This document shows, piece after piece, positions 49,017 through 59,395 of a stretch of 64,000 bases of DNA. Source of the stretch: a bacterium (lineage in GTDB: Bacteria > UBA8248); NCBI GenBank assembly GCA_965199855.1, contig OZ241326.1, forward strand, positions 544,001 to 608,000, written 5' to 3'. A program made the translations under genes and the position numbers. The notes below the pieces were generated by a model. The model saw only the letters and a program-made list of their open reading frames with translations, had not been told where the DNA came from and made no database searches. Numbering within the stretch: position 1 is the stretch's first letter; the number at the start of each line of letters is the position of its first letter.

Positions 49017-51335
49017 CTATTCCGCAAGCGGGCCGAAGGCGGGCGGGGGGATGCGCCGCTTCGAGGCCGCCTCGTAGGCCGAGGCGATTTTCAGGAGCGC
49101 GTCCTCCCTGCCGGGTTCGGCGCGGAACACGAGGGAGAAGGGCAGGCCCGGCTCGGGGATGAGAGTCGCCTGATCGTTGGGGGCGGGGACGAACCGGGTT
49201 CCGTCCTCGCTGAGCTCGAAAACGGGGTCGTAGACCGTCCGCACGTAGCCCGCCGGCACGAGCGCCTCCGTCAGCCCGGCGTTCGGCCCGCTCTGCGATT
49301 CGGGCCGCGAGTTCAGCAGGAGGCCGGGCTGGCCCGCGCCTCCGATGACGGCGGGCGGAAGCGGCGTGTGCAGGCGCACGAGGGCGTCGAGCCTGTTTTC
49401 GAGGATCACCATCATGTCGACGCGCCGAAGGAGCTCGCGGAGCATGATGCGCTCGCTCACCCCCTGCCGGCTCCCGAGCGGATTGCGCGGATCGCTCACC
49501 TCCTCCCAGTTCCTGAAGGCGGCGCGCTGGTCGTCGCCCCAGAATTTGGAGCGCGCGTTCAGCTCGGCGAAGCCGGTGAGGGTTTCGGTGAATCCGCGCG
49601 CCTGCCAGTCCTCGGCCCGGCGCGAGAGGTACTGGTGGATGTGGTAGCGGAACGTCATGGCGAGTTCCTGCTGCTGCACGGTGGCGAGGTCGAGGTTGGC
49701 GGGCGGCTCGATTCTCCCCTCGGCCATGTCGAGCATGTAGTCGATGGGCCGCATGCCGCCCGCGCCGAAAATTCTGCCCGGCGCGAATTCGGTGGGGACG
49801 ATGGCCGCGGCGAACTCGGGGAAGAGCGGCTCGCCCTCGGGGGTGAGGCGGAACATGAGGTCGGGCATGAACACGGGCGTGAGCCTTGCGAGGGCGCGCC
49901 GGAAGTCCGTCTTCATCGTCTCGATATCGGGGTCGCTCCGCCAGAGCGGATCGGCGGATTCCAGGAGCGTCGCCCCGAGCTTCCCGCCGAGGACGGTCTT
50001 GATCTCGCGCGCCGCCGCCTCGACGATCGGCTCCTCCGACTTGGAACCCCTCGGATAGACCATGGACTCGCGGATGACGCCGACGCGCGTTCCCGCCAGC
50101 GCGCCCGCCTCGCCGCTCGTTCCCGCGTGCGCCGCGTAGGGCGTCTCCAGGATGGAGGAGCGCGGCACCGTCGTGAACGGATCGCGCGGGTCGTAGTAGC
50201 CGTTTTCCGGATCCTTGAGGGCGTCGAGTATCCGGGCGCAGTCCCGGAGCGTCCGCGCCATGACGCCGCTCCTGTCGCAGTAGATGTCCGCCCCGATGGC
50301 GCCGCCGTCGAAGCCGAGCATCGCCTTGTGCGGGAGGATGAGCGCGACGGCGTTGTGGTTCGAGGGGCCCCGGCAGGAGGCCCGCGTCTCCTCGCCCAGG
50401 CTCGCCATCACCATGTTGACGCTCACCGAGAGCGCCGAGCCGGAACTCGAGCCCAGCGACGCCGCGCGCGCGGTGTCGTAGGGGTTCGAGGGATTCCCGC
50501 CCCAGGAGCTGCGCTGGTAGCCCAGGACGGAGGGCAGCGCCTTCTCGGGCCGGTGCCGGCCGCCCGGGTCGCCCGCGCGGCCGTTGTATTCGGTGCTGAC
50601 GGCCTTGGCGAAGATGACGGCGCCCTTGCTCCTGAGCTGCTCGACGAGAATATGGTCGCGCGCGGGAAAGTCGATGTCGTAGCGGGCGTCGCCCCCGCCC
50701 GTCGAGCGCATGTCCTTCGTGTCGAAGGGATCCTTGAAGGAGAAGACCACGCCGTGCATCGGCATTTTTTCGAGGTCCGGGCTCGCCCCGTATTCGGCGT
50801 CCAGCTCCGCCGCGCGCTCCAGGGCGTCGGGATAGCGCCGGAAGATCTCGCAGACGGGGGGCGCGCCCGGCGGAAGCGGCCCCTCTTCGGGACGCCTGTC
50901 GAAATCGCCCCGGCAGGTGACGGAGCGCTCGCCGCGAATGTTCAGGGTGGCGAGGGCGTTGACTTGGCCCGCGTTCGGGATGCCGGCGATCATGCCGTAT
51001 TGCTGCTGGACGTCCGGGTCGGAGGCCGTGTCCTCCATGCGCCCGAACTCGAGGGGCGGCCCCCTGTATTTGTCGAGGTCGGGCAGAACGTCCGCGGCCT
51101 TCACGGTCTCCGTGGGAAAGCGAAGCGGCGCGCCCCCCCGCACGGCACCCCTGGCCTCGGGAACCGGCGCGCCGTCCTCGGTCACCAGCGCGCTGGCGAC
51201 GCCGTTGTAGGCGCGGACGCGCGCGACGTAGCGCTCTACGGTCTCGACGCAGGTCGTCCGCCCGGAGCGAATCGCCTCCTGCAAATCCTCGATGGTCGCC
51301 TCTTCCAGGCGAAACGCCCCGGCTTCATCTCCCAT
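49017..51335 (-). CDS. Long amidase-signature family protein
   Basis: LEEATI, FSFKD, GSSSGS, GEETRASCRGP, C-terminal AYEAASKRR.PP; 772 aa. Confidence 0.85.
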   Translation of the reverse strand: MGDEAGAFRLEEATIEDLQEAIRSGRTTCVETVERYVARVRAYNGVASALVTEDGAPVPEARGAVRGGAPLRFPTETVKAADVLPDLDKYRGPPLEFGRMEDTASDPDVQQQYGMIAGIPNAGQVNALATLNIRGERSVTCRGDFDRRPEEGPLPPGAPPVCEIFRRYPDALERAAELDAEYGASPDLEKMPMHGVVFSFKDPFDTKDMRSTGGGDARYDIDFPARDHILVEQLRSKGAVIFAKAVSTEYNGRAGDPGGRHRPEKALPSVLGYQRSSWGGNPSNPYDTARAASLGSSSGSALSVSVNMVMASLGEETRASCRGPSNHNAVALILPHKAMLGFDGGAIGADIYCDRSGVMARTLRDCARILDALKDPENGYYDPRDPFTTVPRSSILETPYAAHAGTSGEAGALAGTRVGVIRESMVYPRGSKSEEPIVEAAAREIKTVLGGKLGATLLESADPLWRSDPDIETMKTDFRRALARLTPVFMPDLMFRLTPEGEPLFPEFAAAIVPTEFAPGRIFGAGGMRPIDYMLDMAEGRIEPPANLDLATVQQQELAMTFRYHIHQYLSRRAEDWQARGFTETLTGFAELNARSKFWGDDQRAAFRNWEEVSDPRNPLGSRQGVSERIMLRELLRRVDMMVILENRLDALVRLHTPLPPAVIGGAGQPGLLLNSRPESQSGPNAGLTEALVPAGYVRTVYDPVFELSEDGTRFVPAPNDQATLIPEPGLPFSLVFRAEPGREDALLKIASAYEAASKRRIPPPAFGPLAE

Positions 51336-51534
51336 GACGCATCCTTTCCCGTCCTTCCGCGCTCTCCCCCCGCCCCGGCGGACGCGGCGCCTCCCGATCC
51401 CGCAAGCGATGCCGGAATACTATGGGCGGCGCTCCGTTTTCGCAACAGCCGGACGAGCGGCTCTTTTCGCAAAACGGGCGCAGATGTGCGATGATGCGAC
51501 AAACGAAAAGCGAAGCGAACGAAGGGGGCCGGGG

Positions 51535-53157
51535 TTGAAAGACGACGCGACGACGCGCCTGGACGCCCTCGTGGTGGGCGCGGGCATCGCCGGGCTGTTC
51601 ATGCTTTATCGGCTGCGCACCCTGGGCTTCTCGGCGCGCGCGTATGAAGCGGGCGGCGACGTGGGCGGCACCTGGTACTGGAACCGCTACCCGGGCGCGC
51701 GGTGCGACACGGAGAGCGTCCAGTATTCCTATCAATTCTCCGAGGAGCTCCAGCAGGAGTGGGAGTGGAGCGAGCGCTACGCGGGCCAGCCGGAGATTCT
51801 GCGCTACGTCCGCCATGTGGCCGAGCGCTTCGACTTGAGGCGCGACGTCGTCTTCAACGCGCGGGTCGCCTCCGCCGCCTTCGACGAGGAGGCGAGCCGC
51901 TGGCTGGTCGAGATCGAAGGAGGCGAGCGGGTTTCGGCCTCCTTCTGCGTCATGGCCACCGGGTGCCTGTCCTCGCCCAACCTGCCCGCCTTCGAGGGCC
52001 TCGACGACTTTGCGGGCCCCGTCCATCACACCGGCCTCTGGCCGCATGAGCCGGTCGATTTCTCGGGCAGGCGGGTGGGCGTCATCGGCACGGGATCCTC
52101 CGCGATGCAGTCCATCCCCGTCATCGCGCGCGAGGCGGCGCGGCTCCTCGTCTTTCAAAGGACGCCGCATTACGCGGTGCCCGCCCACAACGGCCCCCTG
52201 AGCGAGGAGCGCCTGCGGGAGGTGAAGGCGAATTACGCGGAGCTGAGGGAGAAGGCGCGGAGGCTGCCCGCGGGCTTTTACCAGACGTATAACGACAAGG
52301 CGGCGCTGGAGGTCGGCGAGGACGAGCGCGAGCGCGAATATGAAGAGCGCTGGGCGCGCGGGGGGCTTCCCTTTCTCGCCGCGTTCACGGACCTGCACTT
52401 CAGCGAGGAGGCGAACCGGACCGCGGCCGAGTTCGTCCGCGGCAAGATTCGCCGGATCGTGAACGATCCCGAGACGGCGGAGCTGCTTTGTCCGCGGACG
52501 GTGATCGGGTGCAGGCGCCTTTGCGTGGACACGGGCTACTACGAAACCTACAACCGCCCGAACGTCCGCCTGATCGACGTGAGCGAATCGCCCATCGAGA
52601 GGATAGCGCCCGAAGGGGTGGTGACGGCGGGGCGGCTGCATGAAATCGACGTGCTCGTCCTCGCCACGGGGTTCGACGCCATGACGGGCGCGCTGCTCAA
52701 GGTGGACGTCCGCGGCCGCGCCGGGCGGACGCTCCGGGACAAATGGCGCGAGGGCCCCCGCTCCTACCTGGGCCTCATGACGGAGGGGTTCCCGAACCTG
52801 TTCACCATCACGGGCCCCGGAAGCCCCTCCGTGCTGACCAACATGCACGCTTCCATCGACCACCACGTGGAGTGGATAGGCGCGTGCCTCGCGTTTCTGC
52901 GCGAGCGCGGCCTGGCGGGCATCGAGGCGTCCCCGGAGGCGGAGGACGCCTGGGTGGCGCACAACAACGAGGAGGCCGCCAGGACGCTTCGCTACCGCTG
53001 CGCCTCCTGGTACCTCGGGGCGAACATACCGGGCAAGCCGCGCGTGTTCATGCCCTACATCGCCGGCTTCGACGTGTATGCGAAAAAATGCGCGGAAATC
53101 GTCGAGGCGGGATACGAGGGGTTTCATCTCCTCTCGCGGGAAGGAGACGAGGGATGA
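51535..53157 (+). CDS. Baeyer-Villiger monooxygenase (cyclohexanone monooxygenase family)
   Basis: GAGIAG, GGTWYWNRYPG, FxGxxxHxxxWP fingerprint, GTGSS, SWYLGANIPGK; start uncertain. Confidence 0.93.
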   Translation: MKDDATTRLDALVVGAGIAGLFMLYRLRTLGFSARAYEAGGDVGGTWYWNRYPGARCDTESVQYSYQFSEELQQEWEWSERYAGQPEILRYVRHVAERFDLRRDVVFNARVASAAFDEEASRWLVEIEGGERVSASFCVMATGCLSSPNLPAFEGLDDFAGPVHHTGLWPHEPVDFSGRRVGVIGTGSSAMQSIPVIAREAARLLVFQRTPHYAVPAHNGPLSEERLREVKANYAELREKARRLPAGFYQTYNDKAALEVGEDEREREYEERWARGGLPFLAAFTDLHFSEEANRTAAEFVRGKIRRIVNDPETAELLCPRTVIGCRRLCVDTGYYETYNRPNVRLIDVSESPIERIAPEGVVTAGRLHEIDVLVLATGFDAMTGALLKVDVRGRAGRTLRDKWREGPRSYLGLMTEGFPNLFTITGPGSPSVLTNMHASIDHHVEWIGACLAFLRERGLAGIEASPEAEDAWVAHNNEEAARTLRYRCASWYLGANIPGKPRVFMPYIAGFDVYAKKCAEIVEAGYEGFHLLSREGDEG

Positions 53158-53777
53158 GCGATGAGGCGCGGCTGCGCGAGGCGGCGGACAGGCTGGAGAT
53201 GACGGAGGCGTCCATGCTCTCTCTCGCCTGCCGCGACGCGGGCGACTGGGAGAATCTGCTGGACTGCTTCCACCCGGACGCGGAGATCGCCACCTCGTGG
53301 TTCTCGGGGCGCGCGCGCGAGTTCATCGAGGAGTCGCGCCGCATGATGGGCGGCCACCACGCGGGGGATTCCCAGAAGCACGCGGCGGGCAGCGTCCGCG
53401 CCCGGGCGCGCGGCGCGCGCGGCGTCTGCGAGTATTACGTCGTCCTGCATCAGCGGCGGACGCTGGACGGCTTCGAGTTCGACTTCTCCACCTGGAGCAG
53501 CGTGGTGGACTTCCACGAGCGGAGAGGCGGGCGGTGGCGCATCGCCCGGCGCGCGACGATCTACGAGAAGGACCGCATGGACCCCCACAGGCCGGGCGAG
53601 GCGCCTGCCTCGTATTTCGAGGCGATGGACCTCGCGCCCTACCCCAAAGCGCTTCGCTACCACTGCTGGCGCAACGAGAGGTTCAGCGGCCGCCCGCCGG
53701 GGGAGAATCTCATCCTCGAGGGAACCGACGCGTCGCGGCGGGTGCGGGAGGAAGCCCGCCTGTGGCTGGCGGGCTAA
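53154..53777 (+). CDS. SnoaL/NTF2-like family protein
   Basis: RDAGDW...CFHPDA, ERRGGRWRI..R..IYEKDR; ATGA overlap with BVMO. Confidence 0.8.
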   Translation: MSDEARLREAADRLEMTEASMLSLACRDAGDWENLLDCFHPDAEIATSWFSGRAREFIEESRRMMGGHHAGDSQKHAAGSVRARARGARGVCEYYVVLHQRRTLDGFEFDFSTWSSVVDFHERRGGRWRIARRATIYEKDRMDPHRPGEAPASYFEAMDLAPYPKALRYHCWRNERFSGRPPGENLILEGTDASRRVREEARLWLAG

Positions 53778-53982
53778 AGAGGTTCGAGTCGGAACGATGA
53801 AAATCCCGGTTAGTTCGTCAAAATGTCAAGAGCAATACATTCAGAAAGAAATTTTTAATGCCTGTGAATTGTCCAATCTGCCAAAAACATGTAAATTACA
53901 AGAAAAATTAGCAAATATATTGAATTTGGAGTATATTGCGACATGGCAAACGGTTTTTATTTCGTGGAAAAAGGAGGGCCAA

Positions 53983-54249
53983 ATGGAAAATTTCGATCAA
54001 AAAAATCCAAAAATTAAGTCGGGAGAATCGCCATCAAAGCGCGAAAAATTCATAGAACTAGCGGAGAAGCGGACCATCAACGCACTCAAAGCCATTCGGG
54101 TGCTCAGCAAGCTAGGAAATCGTAATGCCTATGATTACAACGACGCAGATGTCAAAAAGATTGTCAAAGCCCTCATAGATGAAATTGAAGCTTTGAAAGT
54201 GCGCATGAATAATACCAAGGGCTCTGATGGTATTGATTTCAAGCTCTAA
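53983..54249 (+). CDS. Small helical hypothetical protein (88 aa)
   Basis: AAGGAGG RBS; KREKFIELAEKRT.NA...I..L.KL.N...YDY...DV.KI. I recall this pattern from small ORFs leading RM/defence operons (unverified). Confidence 0.75.
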   Translation: MENFDQKNPKIKSGESPSKREKFIELAEKRTINALKAIRVLSKLGNRNAYDYNDADVKKIVKALIDEIEALKVRMNNTKGSDGIDFKL

Positions 54250-54269
54250 ATTTTAGGGATAGTAAAGGC

Positions 54270-56813
54270 ATGGAAGACAATTATAAATTGTGTCATGAGC
54301 TACTTTCTTGCGATAGCGAATCAGACGTTATTTTGCTCCTTAAAGAGAGGGGATATTGGGACAAACCGGAACTGTGGCGCTTTTACGGCGATGTTGAAAA
54401 CAATTGGGGGCAAAGCGGCAATCAGATGAAGTTGGCCGAAGTTGCCCTAGTGGAAAAAATTGTCAATTCTGTTGATGCTCGTCTTACCAATGAATGTCTT
54501 ATACGTGGGATCGATCCTGCTGGCCCTAATGCTCCGAAGTCGATCCAAGAAGCAGTCGCACGTTTTTTTGCTAATGGTACGGGGAGTCGGGTTGCAACTG
54601 GTGGCCTGATTGAAAATTGGGGTGATATTAAAATCCGAGAAGTTGCAGAGGGAATCACTTTTTGTGTCACGGGTGTCCGGCCTGAACAGCTTAGCATCAC
54701 GATTGCTGATTGTGGAGAAGGGCAGACGCCGAACCTCTTCCCTGATACGATTTTGTCCCTTAGTAAAAGCAACAAGATGTATATCCCCTTTGTCCAGGGG
54801 CAATTCAACCAGGGTGGGAGTGGCGTCCTTCGTTTTTGTGGAGAAAAGAATTTTCAACTTGTGGTTAGTAGGCGAAATCCTAAACTCCTAAAGAAGGATA
54901 GCACTGAGAGAGATCAACAGTGGGGTTTTACTATCGTGCGGCGAGAACGTCCTTCTGGGAGTCGAAAAATATCTAGATACACCTATCTTGCGCCAGTAGG
55001 GGCCGATACGGACAAAAATGCCCACAAGGGTCGAGTTTTGTCGTTTGAGGCCGAGAGCTTCCGAGTGTTTCCGAACGACGATGGGCCGTATTCACGCGAG
55101 GCTATTTATGGAACCGCCGTCAAGATGTTTGATTACCGGTATCTGGGTGAGAAATCGAACATTTTGCGAGGCAATAGTTTGCTCAGCCGTCTCGATCTTC
55201 GGTTGCCTAAGATTGCTTTGCCTGTCCGACTCTATGAATACAGAAAGAGTAAAAAGGGCGACTTCCTAGATGTTGGGAGCCGACGAACGACCCTCTCGGG
55301 CTTGCAACGCCGCTTGGTGGGAAATCCGAATGTCGAGAGGAATTTTCCGATTTCCATCCCCCTCTATCTTGAGGGGGAGGAATTCATTGTGCACATCTTT
55401 GTATTTAGGCTAGAGGGAGCAACTAACGAGAAAAACGGGAAAAACAAAAATGCAAAATCTAAGAAGCGCGGCGGCTCGAGAAGTTATCGTAGGCGGGAAG
55501 GTGTAGTCTTCGTGCAAAATGGTCAGACTCAGGGCGATTTGCCAAAGGATTTCTTCCGGCGTGATGCGGTAAAGATGAAATCTATCGCTGATGATCTTCT
55601 GGTCTTTGTCGAATGTGATGGGTTGAGCGACGTTGCTCGTGAAGATTTGTTTATGTCGAGTCGAGATCGCCTCGTCGAGAGTGCCTTCAAACAATCTTTG
55701 GTTGCCCGTTTAGAGCAAAGCATCCGCGATTGTCAGGAATTAAGGGATCTCCGAAATCAAAGACAGCAAGAGCGGATGAGCGAGCACGTGAAAGAGGAGC
55801 AACCATTTGTTGATGTGTTGCAATCGTTGATGAAAAATTCACCGAACCTCAAAACGCTACTTCAGTTGGGAGGTCGGATATCGGCATCCTTTGATACTCG
55901 ACCAACCGGTTCCGACAAAAAGAAAGAATTCAAGGGAGAGTTCTATCCGAATTATTTTAAGACCAAGGGAGTTGAATACGGAGTTACGTTTAAGCGTCTA
56001 TGTCCCATCAATCGAAGTATGCGGCTTATTTTCGAGACTGACGCACGGGACGATTACTTTACTCGCTCGGCAGAGCGCGGGGTTTTCACGCCGACCTGGA
56101 TCGCTAAGGACGGTAAAAAGCGGAAGGTTAGCTTAAGTGGCCCGAGGCTCAAGAGTGGTATTGCAACTGTCATGCTGGATCTGCCGGATGATGTGACCGT
56201 AGGCGATGACATCGAGTTCATCGCGCTTGTGAATGATACACTCAGTGAGTTCGAAAATCGCACCGTAGTGAGCGTGAAGCCCAAGACAAAGATTAAAGAC
56301 AATCCTTCTGGTTCTTCCAAGTCCCCCAGACGGCCTGGTCCGGAGGATGGCAAGCGGCGAGAACAACCTTTGGCGCTTTCTCCACCTAGGATCAAACGCG
56401 TTTATCGAAAAGAATGGGATAACGAAGGCTTCGATGCGTTTACCGCTATGAAGGTAGAGCACCTTTCTTACCTTGAAGATGAAGAAGCGGAACTCTACAT
56501 CTTCAAGGTGAATATGGACAATGCCCCTCTCGAAAACGAAGCTAAGCAAAAACGCCTGGATAGCAATCAGTACAACCTACTTCGTCAACAATTTCTTTAT
56601 GCGAATGTTCTGATAGGTCTCTCGCTTCTGCTTGATGAGAAACAAAACAAACCACAGAAAGAAGCAGAAGGGGAGGTCCTTCAAGAGAGTGTCGAAGAAC
56701 GCATCAACAGTATGTGTCGTGCACTGGCGCCTTTCCTACCTGCTCTTATTTCTCTCCGGACGGAAGATATTCAGGCTGACGATCAGTTTGAGGGTTTAGA
56801 GGAGGCTGTATAG
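54270..56813 (+). CDS. Large GHKL/MORC-like ATPase-domain protein
   Basis: N-box EKIVNSVDA, G1 IADCGEG, G2 QGQFNQGGSG, G3 GTAVKM; 847 aa. Confidence 0.72.
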   Translation: MEDNYKLCHELLSCDSESDVILLLKERGYWDKPELWRFYGDVENNWGQSGNQMKLAEVALVEKIVNSVDARLTNECLIRGIDPAGPNAPKSIQEAVARFFANGTGSRVATGGLIENWGDIKIREVAEGITFCVTGVRPEQLSITIADCGEGQTPNLFPDTILSLSKSNKMYIPFVQGQFNQGGSGVLRFCGEKNFQLVVSRRNPKLLKKDSTERDQQWGFTIVRRERPSGSRKISRYTYLAPVGADTDKNAHKGRVLSFEAESFRVFPNDDGPYSREAIYGTAVKMFDYRYLGEKSNILRGNSLLSRLDLRLPKIALPVRLYEYRKSKKGDFLDVGSRRTTLSGLQRRLVGNPNVERNFPISIPLYLEGEEFIVHIFVFRLEGATNEKNGKNKNAKSKKRGGSRSYRRREGVVFVQNGQTQGDLPKDFFRRDAVKMKSIADDLLVFVECDGLSDVAREDLFMSSRDRLVESAFKQSLVARLEQSIRDCQELRDLRNQRQQERMSEHVKEEQPFVDVLQSLMKNSPNLKTLLQLGGRISASFDTRPTGSDKKKEFKGEFYPNYFKTKGVEYGVTFKRLCPINRSMRLIFETDARDDYFTRSAERGVFTPTWIAKDGKKRKVSLSGPRLKSGIATVMLDLPDDVTVGDDIEFIALVNDTLSEFENRTVVSVKPKTKIKDNPSGSSKSPRRPGPEDGKRREQPLALSPPRIKRVYRKEWDNEGFDAFTAMKVEHLSYLEDEEAELYIFKVNMDNAPLENEAKQKRLDSNQYNLLRQQFLYANVLIGLSLLLDEKQNKPQKEAEGEVLQESVEERINSMCRALAPFLPALISLRTEDIQADDQFEGLEEAV

Positions 56814-56815
56814 CT

Positions 56816-58042
56816 TCATCTTATTCGGTGGATCAAAACAACCTCTCGTGCGCCGGGAGAGCGTGATTTTTGTTGAGCGTGCCATTTCCGGTTGGGCACA
56901 TTGCGCCAAAGGCGGCCGTCGCCCGTTTGGATGTTCCAGGGCAATTCCTCGCGCAATCCGCAATGTTCCATAACTTTAAGGTATTGAGGGAGTTGCCAGG
57001 CCGCTTCTGAAAACGCGACCATCTGAACTATGGTTGTTTCTTGACCGGCTATCCGCGCTACGGACTTAAAAGATGCTTCCAAGTTGTCAAAGTACGATCT
57101 TAGTTTTGGATTTTTTCTGTCTCCCATTGTGTAATAGGATGACCCAAATCCATCAAGTGTGCCTGTGATCCAGAACGGTGCGGGCGTTTCACGCCGACCA
57201 TCCACTTGCCATCGGTGATAGATAACGTGGATACCAGGATAAGGCGGCGAAGTGATAATGAGCTTCGGGGGAGATATGCGTTTTACAATGCTTTCAGTTT
57301 CTGCTCCGACAATGCTCCTATTTAAGCAGATTACCCGCGGTTGCGGGAAATTGTCCGCTCTATTGATTTTCACACGAAATGTTAAAGTGTCCTCTAGCAT
57401 CGTTTTAGCTAAGCGATGAAGTTCCCTGCGAAAGCGGGGAATTGAAGGGCGAATCTTTCGGGCGTCAAGTGCCCATTGGGCCGTGCGCAGCACAGTGCAA
57501 CGGGCTAAGGTTTGCGCTCCCTTGCATCGAAGTTTTTGCACCGAAGCTAGGCATTGCTCAATCGCCTTGCGGAATCGCCAGGACGACCGATCTTCGAGGT
57601 TCTTGTAATAGCCTGCATCGGCATAATTCTCAAAATAGAAGCTAGGTGCGTGCATGTTCACGGTGCTTGATAGGCGATTCATCCACCGTCGGAATTCTTT
57701 GACATCCCGATCAGTCAAGATGAGCGTTTTCGCTTTGCAAACAAACTTGGCTAGCGAACTAATATCAATACCGAGCGCGTTGCGCCCCGAGGCTACAGCT
57801 TCGACTAGCGTAGTGCCGCCCCCGACGAAGGGATCAATAATCCAGTCTCCTGGTTCTGAAAACACCTCGATTACTCTCCTCGCGAAGACAGGTGAAAATC
57901 TGGCGGGGTAGCGATAGAAATTGTGAGTCAGGCCCGTTATTCGTTTAGGACATCGCGCCGCTAGGATGATTTTCTCAAGATTTGCTTGGATGCATTCGGA
58001 TTCTGGATCAAATTTGTTCATTCTTTCCTTTCGTTTGCTCAA
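56816..58042 (-). CDS. Amino (likely N4-cytosine) DNA methyltransferase, alpha motif order
   Basis: THNFYRYPARF (X), DPFVGGGTT (I), ITSPPY (IV); alternative ATG at 58021. Confidence 0.85.
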   Translation of the reverse strand: MSKRKERMNKFDPESECIQANLEKIILAARCPKRITGLTHNFYRYPARFSPVFARRVIEVFSEPGDWIIDPFVGGGTTLVEAVASGRNALGIDISSLAKFVCKAKTLILTDRDVKEFRRWMNRLSSTVNMHAPSFYFENYADAGYYKNLEDRSSWRFRKAIEQCLASVQKLRCKGAQTLARCTVLRTAQWALDARKIRPSIPRFRRELHRLAKTMLEDTLTFRVKINRADNFPQPRVICLNRSIVGAETESIVKRISPPKLIITSPPYPGIHVIYHRWQVDGRRETPAPFWITGTLDGFGSSYYTMGDRKNPKLRSYFDNLEASFKSVARIAGQETTIVQMVAFSEAAWQLPQYLKVMEHCGLREELPWNIQTGDGRLWRNVPNRKWHAQQKSRSPGAREVVLIHRIR

Positions 58043-58209
58043 CGATAGCGGGAGATGAGCCTATCCCTTTTTGAAGCGACCCTAGGCTAGTAGAGTTCGC
58101 TTTTACTTTCGATTATTAAAGCCTCACAGCAATTCCTCATAAATCCTTTTCATGTCGGCCGCTGGAATGCGGCGCGGCTTTCCGCGTCATTTTTCACCGG
58201 ACGCGGCGC

Positions 58210-59250
58210 TCAGCCCCGGTCCGCTTCGGCGATTTTCGTCCGGAGGAGATCGTAGTTCGCGCGGCCCATCCTGACCTCGCCGTCGTCGATCATCCGGGCG
58301 ATTTCGGCCACCGCGTCGTTGCAGGGGGAGGGAACGCCGAGTTCCTTCGCCCGGCGCGACACGAGCCCGCTGATGTAGGCCATCTCGCTCCTGCGGCCCT
58401 TGATGTGATCCTGAATCGGGGCGGTGCGCGAGCGCGGCCCCACGTGGCCCAGCAGCGTCTTCATGGCGGTGACCAGCACCTGATCGTCGGCGCCCGCGAA
58501 GTCGTCCGCCGTCAGCCCGAAGACGGGCTCCACCCCATGGCCCAGCGCCTCGCCCACCGCCATCGCCTCTTTTCCGAGCCTGACCGAGACGTCGATGATG
58601 CCCGGCAGCTCCCGGGCCTCCGCGTTCCTGAGGCCCAGCAGGCCGAAGGGCCCCATCGTCATGCAGTTGGCGATCAGCTTCGTCCACTTGACGCCCTCGA
58701 TATTGGGGGTGAGTTCGGTCACGCCGACGTGGGCGATGAGGGCGCGAACCTCCTCCGCGCGCGGCGTGAGCGACCCGTCCAGCTCCCCCACGGCGAACCA
58801 GGTGCCCTTGCGGGGGGTGTTCCGCTGGATGAAGCCGGGCGTGAAGATTTCCGCGGAGAGCTCCACGCAGCAGCCCACCACGCGCTCGCGCCCGATGACG
58901 GAGGCGATGGTCTCGTTGTTCATGCTGTTCTGCACCCCGACGAAGACGCCATCGCCCTTGAGGTAGGGCTCGATGAGTTCGCACGCCCATCGGGTGTCGA
59001 AGGATTTGACGATCAGCAGAACGACGTCGAATTTCATCCTGAGCGAGGCCAGCTCGCAAAGATGGCGCGCGCGGACGGGGACGCGCAGGTCCAGGCCCGG
59101 CATCTCCACGCGCAGCCCCTCTTCGCGCATCGCCTCCACGTGCTGCGGCCACTGGTCGATGACGACGACGTCGAGGCCCGCGTCGATCAGGTCGGCCGCC
59201 ACGCTGCCGCCGATGGCGCCCGCGCCCAGGACGGCGATTTTCCCGTTCAT
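58210..59250 (-). CDS. Ketopantoate reductase (ApbA/PanE) family oxidoreductase
   Basis: GAGAIG, VKSFDT, VQN, KWTKLIAN, QD...GRRSE. Confidence 0.85.
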   Translation of the reverse strand: MNGKIAVLGAGAIGGSVAADLIDAGLDVVVIDQWPQHVEAMREEGLRVEMPGLDLRVPVRARHLCELASLRMKFDVVLLIVKSFDTRWACELIEPYLKGDGVFVGVQNSMNNETIASVIGRERVVGCCVELSAEIFTPGFIQRNTPRKGTWFAVGELDGSLTPRAEEVRALIAHVGVTELTPNIEGVKWTKLIANCMTMGPFGLLGLRNAEARELPGIIDVSVRLGKEAMAVGEALGHGVEPVFGLTADDFAGADDQVLVTAMKTLLGHVGPRSRTAPIQDHIKGRRSEMAYISGLVSRRAKELGVPSPCNDAVAEIARMIDDGEVRMGRANYDLLRTKIAEADRG

Positions 59251-59395
59251 GTCTTCCCCTCGCCTTTCAGAGTCTCCCGCGCGAAAAGAATGGACGCGCC
59301 CGGCGGTCCGCGCGCGCGTCCGCCCGCTTCCCGATGCTCTTCGTCTCCGGCTTCCGGGAAAATTTCCCCGGCGCGAATCCTGGCCTCGCCGCGTC

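Larger units (their letters stand above)
53790..58150. mobile_element. Low-GC horizontally acquired island (~4.4 kb), no mobility gene
   Basis: Abrupt switch to much more AT-rich sequence between two convergent host genes; boundaries approximate. Confidence 0.75.

Noticed and set aside
53781-53790. GGTTCGAGTC at the left island edge resembling a tRNA T-loop att remnant
   Set aside because: Only 10 bp, with no cloverleaf, no CCA end and no matching copy at the right edge.
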